From assembly GCA_963514005.1 (NCBI GenBank), contig OY740806.1, positions 36,952,001-37,016,000 of the forward strand: 64,000 nucleotides of DNA. Direction: 5' to 3'. A program made the position numbers and the translations under genes. This document shows positions 36,985 to 64,000 of the stretch, one piece after another. The notes beneath the pieces were generated by a model, which was not told the origin of the DNA, searched no databases, and was given only the letters and a program-made list of their open reading frames with translations. The stretch's first letter is position 1, and each line of letters opens with the position of its first letter. This stretch comes from Raja brachyura. Lineage: Eukaryota.

Positions 36985-38998
36985 GGAAAGAGCCATGGTT
37001 TTCAAGGGAAATTGGACATGTTTCGAAAAAAGAGAGATATCTACAATAATTATAGGAGGCATGGAGTAAATGAGGTGCTAGAGAAGTATAAAGAATGTAA
37101 AAAGAATCTTAAGAAATAAATTAGAAAAGCTAAAAGAAGATATGAGGTTGCTTTGGCAAGAAAGGTGAAAGTAAATCCAAAGGGTTTCTACAGCTATATT
37201 AATAGCAAAAGGATAATGAGGGATAAAATTGGACCATTAGAGAGCCAGAATGGACAGCTATCTGCAGAGCCAAAAGAGATGGGGGAGATATTGAACAACT
37301 TATTTTCTTCGGTATTCACCAAGGAGAAGGATATTGAACTCTATTGAGGTAAGGGTAAAAAGTAGAGTAGCTATGGAAACTATGAGATTCAAAGAGGAGG
37401 AAGTACTGACACTTTTGAAAAATATAAAAGTGGATAAGTCTCCAGGTCTTGACAGGATATTCCCTAGGACATTGAGGGAAGTTAGTGTAGAAATAGCAGG
37501 GGCTATGACAGAAATATTTCAAATGTCATTAGAAACGGGAATAGTGCCGGAGGATTGGCATACTGCGCATGTTGTTCCATTGTTTAAAAAGGGTTCCAAG
37601 AATAAACCAAGCAATTATAGACCTATTAGTTTGACGTCAGTGGTGGGCAAATTAATGGAAAGGATACTTAGAGATAATATATATATAAGCATCTGGATGA
37701 ACAGGGTCTGATCAAGAACAGTCAACATGGATTTGTGCCTGGAAGGTCATGTTTGACAAACCTTCTTGAATTCTTTGAAGAGGTTACTAGGGAAATTGAT
37801 GAGGGTAAAGCAGTTGTCTATATGGATTTCAGTAAGGCCTTTGACAAGGTTCCCCATGGAAGGTTGGTTAAGAAGGTTCAATCTTTGGGTGTTAATGGCA
37901 GAGTAGCAAGATGGATTCAACAGTGGCTGAATGGGAGATGCCAGAGAGTAATGGTGGATGGCTGTTTGTCAGGTTGGAAGCCGGTGACCAGTGCGGTGCC
38001 TCAGGGATCTGTGTTGGGTCCACTGTTGTTTATCATGTACAGCAATGATCTGGATGATTGGGTGGAAAATTGAATAAGTAAGTATGCAGATGATACTAAG
38101 ATAGGTGGTGTTGTGGATAATGAAGTAGATTTTCAAAGTCTACAGAGAGATTTGGGCCATTTGGAAGAGTGGGCTGAAAGATGGCAGATGGAGTTTAATG
38201 CTGATAAGTGTGAGGTGCTACATCTTGGTTGGACAAATCAAAATAGGACGTACATGGTAAATGGTAGGGAATTGAGGAATGCTGTGGAACAGAGGGATCT
38301 AGGAATAACTGTGCATAGTTCCCTGAAGGTAAAATCGCATGTAGATAGGGTAGTAAAGAAAGCTTTTGGTGTGCTGGCCTTTATAAATCAGAGCATTGAA
38401 TATAGGAGTAGGGAAGTAATGTTAAAATTGTACAAGGCATTGGTGAGACCAATTCTGGAGTATGGTGTACAATTTTGGTCGCCTAATTACAGGAAGGATG
38501 TCAACAAAATAGAGAGAGTACAGAGGAGATTTTCTAGAATGTTGCCTGGGTTCCAGCAACTAAGTTACAGAGAAAGGTTGAACAAGTTAGGTCTTTATTC
38601 TTTGGAGCACAGTAGGTTAAGGGGGGACTTGATTGAGGTCTTTAAAATGATGAAAGGGATAGACAGAGTTGACGTGGATAAGCTTTTCCCATTGAGGGTA
38701 AGGAAGATTCAAACACGAGGGCATGACATGAGAATTAAGGGACAGGTGTTTAGGGGGAACATAAGGGGGAACCTCTTTACTCAGAGAGTGGTGGCTGTGT
38801 GGAATGAGCTTCCAGCAGAAGTGGTGGAGGCAGGATCAATTTTAACATTTAAAAGTAAAGTGGATAGGTATATGGACGGGAAGGGAATGGAGGGGTATGG
38901 TCTGAGTGCAGGTAGATGGGACTAGGGGAAAATAAATGGTCGGCACGGACTGGAAGGGCCGAGAGGGCCTGTTTCCGTGCTGTAATTGTTATATGGTT
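36985..38998 (+). mobile_element. 5'-truncated CR1 LINE, near-identical to the ~12860-14850 copy
   Basis: ORFs 37153-38925 align almost residue for residue with 13029-14765. Confidence 0.93.
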
Positions 38999-39843
38999 AA
39001 TCCAACAACTGTAGACTGAGTGGTAAAACTGATATGGCTATCAAAGAGAAGTAGGTTCGTTTCTCAATTTTTCAAACTCTTTTGTCTTTCTCGGTAATAA
39101 AGAAACTTGGAAAGTAAAATAACCTGTTTCAAGGGGTGACAAGGCAGATGAAACTTCCCAGATATATACTCAACAAGTTGAATATGACTCTCATGAACAA
39201 GGCAGTTTGAAAAACAATGTTTATTTTGCCAGCTCCCACATCTTCGGAGCAAGAGCCATCATTGCAGCACTCCAAATGAAGTGAAATACAAGCTAAAAAG
39301 ATCATTTTTATGTTTTGCTTCAGTCCTGATTTGAACATTTTCACTGAACCTGATCATCAGCTATGATGGCCAAAGTGATTTGTTCATCTTGTTATTTGTG
39401 TCAAAACAGATGCAGATTCTCAAACAATGGATTGAAGGAATGTACAAAACATCGAGGTGCACAGTGGTACACTTTTAGTTCCACGATGTTGGTATTTAAT
39501 GAGGAAAACCACTTGTTTGTGAGAGTCAATGATGCAGAGTTAAGGAGCCAACATGAAAGTCCACTGATGTCCATTTGGGAAAACCAGGTCTCTGAGCTTA
39601 GCCTGGGGAAGCACAATGGTTCTCACTCCATGGGTCGGATGCAACAAATACCGTTAACCTTCTTTACACTGAGGGTTGTTCCATTCTGCTTCTGTAAAGC
39701 ATTCTTCTTGTTGCTCCAGTAGATGAGTGAATGCTTTCTGAGCCGTTGGGTTGTGCTATTCCTAAGAAAGAGAACACGTCACAGAATTAAACTGATCGTC
39801 ATTTAGGCACAAGGGAACAGGTGTAGCTTTTAGCTGCTGCTTT

Positions 39844-40398
39844 AGGGCCTGTCCTACCAGCATCCGACTCCATGCGATGAGCGCGATCAAATTAGAAGCG
39901 GGGGACGCGCGGAGGTCAGGTGATTCCTGTACAGGACCGTTCCCAACAGCATGCGCCTGCATGCGGCAAGTGCGACCAAAACCGGCAGTGGGGGCCGCGC
40001 GGAGGTCGGGTGAGTGGCGCAATGCGGCGCAAAGTGAGGTGAACTTGGAACGAAGTCTTAAAGGTAAGTTCGCCAGGACAGAGAGGGGCACACAGAGAGG
40101 GGCACAGAGGCACACACACAGAGGGCCACGGAGCCACACACATAGAGGGTCACGGAGGCATGACGTCGAGGCGGTGTGTAATGCGTCGAGGCGACTGCGA
40201 GCCGACAAGCCGTTGCCGCGCGGAATTTTTGAACACGGTCAGTTTTTCGGAGCCCCGCGCGATGTCGGGACGAACTCCGCACAATTCCGCACGGCTCCGG
40301 CAATCGAAGTGGGACCGGCCCCGCGACGCCGGACGGCTCAAGCGACCACGTTAGGTCGCGCTCATCCCATAGAGTTACATGCTGGTGGGACAGGCCCT
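39844..40398. mobile_element. PIF/Harbinger-like MITE
   Basis: ~42-bp imperfect TIRs AGGGCCTGTCCTACCAGCAT.../...ATGCTGGTGGGACAGGCCCT flanked by TTT/TTA; CpG-rich. Confidence 0.8.
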
Positions 40399-41809
40399 TT
40401 ATGGGAAATAGGAGTGAGAATGGGCCTGATCAGGCATTGAACAAGGTCATTGATTTCCTTGACCTCTGTCCTCCACATTCCTTCATGGTCCCATTACTGT
40501 TGATTATTCCACAGTATAAACATGTGTCTCAGCTTGAGTGTGTTCAATGCCAACGCCTACAGCCTTCTGAGAAAATAAATTCCTGCTAATCTTAAATGGC
40601 TGACCTCTTCCTCCAGCACTGTGTTCAACTTCCCATTTCTCCCACCATCGGAAATCCTCGCAGCATCTACCCATCATGATTCCTTGCACGCCTAATAACT
40701 TTCAGTGAAATCAATAAAAAGAATAACAGTGGTGCAGCAGGTAAAACATCTGCCTCCCAGAACCAGAGATCGAGGTTCATCGCTGTTAGTGTGGACCTCC
40801 CTGTGACTGTATGGGCTTCCCACACATTTGAAAACCATATAGTTCAAGTTAGACACAAAAACCTAGTATAACTCTGCAGCTCACTTAATGCGTCAAAGAC
40901 AGTCCTTGTCCGTAGCAACGTGGCTTCACCTGTTTGATCTCAGTGATAAACAAATGGCACCTTCTGCTCTGGGATCTGTCAACATTGGTACTGGAAAACA
41001 ACTGCCCATGAGAGCTTCCATTAAACAACCCAGAGCCTTCACCAGTGGGAAAGGATTACACTCCTCAATATTAAGATGGGTGTGAATCATCAAAGCCATT
41101 TGTTATAATGAATGATGTGCGTCCAGGAAGCAGACATGACAACCTTAACCTCGAGAACATCACGCACAATCAGACATTTTCAGGGATCAGCAATGTTTGA
41201 TGGATCTTTGGGATGGGATTGGGGTGACCCTCTGTTTCCTGGTTCCCACATTCACACATGGTGGGTGTGTGGAACAAGCTGCCAGAGGGGGTCAGCTTCA
41301 TAGCAAGTATTATGAAGGTGAGTACATTTAAAAGATTTGGATGCATTTTCAAGAGAAAGTTAGATTTAGCTCTTAGGGGTAAGGGAATCAAGGGATACGG
41401 GGAAAAAGCCGGAACGGGCTATTGATTTTGGATGATCAGCCATTATCATATTGAATAGTGGTGCTGGCTCGAAGGGCCGAATGGCCTACTCCTGCACCTA
41501 TTTTCAATGGTTCGATGGTACATGGATAAAAAAGGTTTAGAGGGATATGGGCCAAAGGGCTTGTGTGTGTAGATGGGGCCATCTTTGTTGGTGTGGGCTT
41601 TGGGCCAAAGGGCCTGTTTCCATGCTGTACGATGCCATGACATACCACAGCAGTTGAGTTCAGATCAGTGAGAGTCACATAAATAACAATCACTGTTGAA
41701 AATGACATTGATCTTCTAAAACTGAGATGCAGTTTCCACATCAGTCTAGGGTATGCTGATCAGGTACAAATACCATCATGGTGTGCTTTGACTATCTGCC
41801 TTAAGTCGG

Positions 41810-42070
41810 TAACACAGTGGTAGAGTTACTGCCCAGGTTCGATCCTGACTAAGGGGGCTGTCTGTACAGGGTTTGTACTTTCTCCCTGTGAACGTGTCGG
41901 TTTTCTCCAGGTGCTCCAGTCTCCTCCCACATTCAGGGTCTGTAAATTGTCCCCAGTGTTAGGATGTGAAACTGGGATAAGATAGAAATGTACGGGTGAT
42001 TGCTGGCCAGCGTGGACCTGGTGGGCCGAAGGACATTTTTCCCACACGGTATCTCTAAACTCAAAACTAG
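41810..42070 (+). mobile_element. tRNA-derived SINE (HE1-like)
   Basis: cagtggtagagttactgcc..ggttcgatcc head; CR1-like 3' tail. Confidence 0.7.
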
Positions 42071-42239
42071 TCTCTTATTTGGTTCAGGGTCAATTTGTCT
42101 GCTTACACTTCTGTGTTAGGTTTTGCAATGTTCTACGTTGCTGCTATTTACATGCAATGTTCTTGGATTTCATGCATCTGTGAAGTGTGAATTCATGTAA
42201 GCACGGCTATTTGTTATGGATTCAGTCATGAAGACAATA

Positions 42240-60529
<18,290 letters not shown>

Positions 60530-62169
60530 CACTGAAGGTTTTCACGGGACGTGGGCCTTGCCAGTCGACAGCTCGGTGTGGAGGTAACTGAATGCGTTTT
60601 TGTTAGTGATTGTGAACCAAGTGTCTAGTCCTGTGACACTCTGAATGATAATGAATTACAATTCAGGATGGGTTGTTATTTTTATAGAGCAATCAAGAGA
60701 GTTACTCAGCCGGTAAAACTAGTTTCCAAATATCATGTGTAGGCACATTCCATGCAAATATAGCTTAACTACCGTTCGGCAACTACTTGCTTTTACTTCT
60801 GGCATCCGACATGATTGAAAAAAATTAAAAGGTAGTGAAATGGCAATAAAGACGTAAAGATCCGAGCATGTCTATTATAACCCAAAGCACATGACAAGCT
60901 GTGATGGGTGTGTAGGAAGGAACTGCAGATAGACATTAGACAATAGATGCTGGTTTAAACTGATTTCCCCGACTGAGAGTCTGAAGAAGGGTCTCGACCA
61001 GAGATGCTACCTGACCCGCTGAGTTACTCCAGCATTTTGTGCCTAAGCAGTGATGTATGTTTGAGGTGTCGATGCTGCCGTAATGTAAGGTGAATGATTG
61101 GCTTCTGACCTTGGCAATTAAATAAGGGCGCTGGTTGAAATGCACAGATTATAATCACAAGATCTGAGTTCCTCCAGCAGTTTGCTCCAGCATTTGTAGT
61201 CCCCTGTGTCCCTGTGATAATGTGGTCCACCAGAAGTCACAGTGAACAGTCTGGAGGAGGGGGACAAGATTTAAGAGAACTGAGAGAGGATTAGATGCAG
61301 CACACAGTGAGATATCACCTGACATTTGTTCCACCATTGTGTTTGGCAAATACATTCCAAACCATTCTTTGCAGGAGTGTTCAGTCGAAGCAATTGTCGA
61401 GCTCTAGAGATGAAATAACAGGTGAGCAGGTTGAGGGGAGAGTGTTATTTGTTTCACAGAGGTGGGCAGATTGGGGCAATGTCCTTCCATGGTGTATAAT
61501 TTTATAGACCACCTTGGAGCCTAATTAGCCTGACCTCACTACAAGAGAGGATGTAAAGTAATTGCTAAGAAAATGGTTAATGTTACAACTGCTGGCTGGT
61601 TCTGGGATTTGCTAATAATTGCAGCTCCTGCAGGAAGTGTAGAAGGATGGAACGACTTGAGGTTTGAACAGCACCCTTTGCAGCCTGTGGCTTGATGTTA
61701 AGAGCATGGTGTTCCTGAGAAGAATTCCAATGACAACCAGGATTGAAGCGAACTTGGGAGGATATCTTTTGTTTAGTAATTGTGGTAAATTTTCTGATAG
61801 ATTTTACTCGTATAACACAGAACGGTACAGCACAAGAATAGGCCTAGTGATCAACAATATCTGTGCTGACATGATGCCAAAACCAACTCTCATCTGCCTG
61901 CACATAATCCATGTCCCTCCATTCCCCGCGTGTACACATGGCTATCCCAAAGCCTTCTAAATGCCACTATCATATCTGCCTTGACCACCACCCCCAGCAG
62001 ACCGTTCCAGGCACTCACCACCCTTCATGTTCGGCACAGACATTGTGGGCCGAAGGGCCTGTTCTTGTGCCGTGTTGTTCTATGATCTTCAATAGAAAAT
62101 TATTGAAGAAGTCCCCGTATCACTTTCTTTGTTTTCACTAGTTATAACTAAATTGCAGATTGTCTGCAT

Positions 62170-62335
62170 ATCTTCGGGATGTGGGAGGAAACTGGCGCAC
62201 CTGTAGGAAACCCATGCGGTCACAGGGAGAACATGCAAACTCCACACAGACGCCACCCAAGTCAGGACTAAACACGGGCCTCTGACGCTGCAAGGCAGCA
62301 GCTCCACCATCTGACGCTGCGCCATCGTGCCACAT
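62170..62335 (-). mobile_element. tRNA-derived SINE (HE1-like)
   Basis: Family similarity to the other SINE copies. Confidence 0.65.
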
Positions 62336-62777
62336 TTCCTTCTATGTGATTAACATAATTGTCCGCTTTTGTCGTAATAACGTTATTAGTAATTACCTTC
62401 AATATAATTGGAGCATGGTGGAGTGAGCAGTGACTGAGAGAGACCCTTCTATGTTTCCAGTGAAGAATGTTTGCTCTTGGACATTGGAAAGTGCAGCTCA
62501 TCTTAAGTGAAGTTGACAGCAGACTCTGTACAAATTGCAACGAAACTGAACTGAAAACCAAAGCTACCTGAATCCCTGTGGGACAAGATGATCTTCACCA
62601 TCAGGAAAGATTGATGCATCTAATTTCCTTCTCGTGTCTATACTTAGTTTTGATAGATTACAATGGTGATGGATGTGATGTGCTGAGGCTGCAGTTGTAG
62701 GAGTTACTTAAACAGAAGGCAGACAGATTCACTGTTGTTGGGAAAGTTCCCCTCGAGGTCAATCTCGATCCTGTCCT

Positions 62778-63445
62778 GTTAAAGAAGGAACTGCAGATGC
62801 TGGAGAATCGAGGGTTACACAAAAAGCTGGAGAAACTCAGCGGGTGCAGCAGCATCTAAGGAGCGAAGGAGATAGGCGACGTTTCGGGTCGAGACCCTTC
62901 TTCAGACTGGTCAGGGATCAGGGAAACGAGAGATATAAACAATGATGTGGAGAGATAAGGAACAATGAATGAAAGATATGCAAAAAAGTATCGATCATAA
63001 GGGAAACAGGCCATTGTAAGCTGTTTGTGGTGTGAAAATGAGAAGCTAGTGCGACTGGGGTGGGGGGGGGGGGGGGAGATGGAGAAGGAATGTCAGGGCC
63101 CGAGGGCTGAGGGAGAGGTGGGGAGGGGAGGGTGCAGTCTGGGTTAACAGAATTGAGAAAATTCAATGTTTAAGCCCAGAGGATGCAGACTCCCCAAGCG
63201 GAATATGAGGTGCTGTTCCTCCAACTTGCGGTGTTGCTACTCTGGCCGTGGAGGAGGCCCAGGACCGAGAGGTCGGATACGGAATGGGAGGGGGAGTTGA
63301 AGTGCTGAGCCACCGGGAGGTCGGGTTGGTTATTGCGGACCGAGCGGAGGTGTTCGGCAAAACGATCGCCCAGCCTCCGCTTGGTCTCACCGATGTAGAT
63401 CAGCTGGCATCTGGAGCAACGGATGCAGTAGAGGAGGTCCAGGCA
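62778..63445 (-). mobile_element. Penelope-like element 3' portion (GIY-YIG endonuclease + terminal repeat with hammerhead)
   Basis: LYCIRCSRCQLIYIGETKRRLGDRFAEHLRSV..PVAQHFNSPSH; hammerhead motif at ~62878-62907. Confidence 0.88.
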
Positions 63446-63449
63446 AGAG

Positions 63450-64000
63450 CCAACATGAACCGAGTCATCAGGCTGGCCAAGCGTGCCCATGGTCAGAAAA
63501 TCCAGAGCTTCTTCCATGACCCCAAGAACACCAGGCGCATGTGGCAGGGAATCAAATCAATCACGGACTATAAGACTGCTTCACCACCCTGTGATGACAA
63601 CATTGAGTTCCTCAATGAACTCAACAACTATTTTGGTCAGTTCGAGGCATTAAATAACACACCTGCAAGCAAAGGTATTCCTCATTGTGAGGAAAAGGCA
63701 CTCAGTCTTGACATAGTGGATGTTCGGAGGACCCTAAAAGGAGTGAACGCACGAAAGGCGGCAGGCCCTGATAACATACCAGGGCGGGTGCTCAGGGAAT
63801 GTGCTGATCAGCTGGCACATGTCCTTACGGACATATTTAACACCTCGCTGAACCAGGCTGTCGTCCCATTATGTTTCAAGACTGCCACCATCATACCAGT
63901 GCCAAAAAAATCCAACATACAATGTCTCAATGACTACCGCCCTGTAGCACTCACCCCCATAATGATGAAGTGCTTCGAGAGGCTGGTCAGGGACCACATT
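63450..64000 (+). mobile_element. Rex1/Babar LINE (N-terminal part of RT), runs off the window
   Basis: [53 protein letters not shown]. Confidence 0.88.

Noticed and set aside
39762-40440. ORFs of 148-187 aa
   Set aside because: They lie within a GC-rich MITE and show no domain signature.

Overview
Repeat-rich vertebrate DNA, most likely from a cartilaginous fish such as a skate or ray (inferred from the CR1/HER1-like LINEs, HE1-like SINEs and Penelope-derived repeats). Two multi-exon genes can be rebuilt by hand with consistent splice phases. ANKK1 lies on the + strand (8 coding exons, 20958-36142, ~776 aa; RIP-type kinase domain plus ~12 ankyrin repeats). TMPRSS5 lies on the - strand (13 coding exons, 60529-42240, ~600 aa; type II transmembrane serine protease). 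They are tail-to-tail with no DRD2 between them. Both carry unusual residues. ANKK1 has HLE instead of HxD in the catalytic loop and appears to lack the alphaC Glu, so it is a candidate pseudokinase. TMPRSS5 has M-IVGG instead of R-IVGG at the activation site and a much enlarged, internally repeated cytoplasmic tail. The rest is transposon-derived: a degenerate DIRS1-type element with a nested near-full-length CR1, Rex1/Babar fragments, a Tc1 element, a non-autonomous Helitron, MITEs, SINEs, many Penelope-derived foldbacks with minimal hammerhead ribozyme motifs, and a 1.4-kb 22/24-bp minisatellite upstream of ANKK1. Comparisons with human proteins are from memory; no database search was run.
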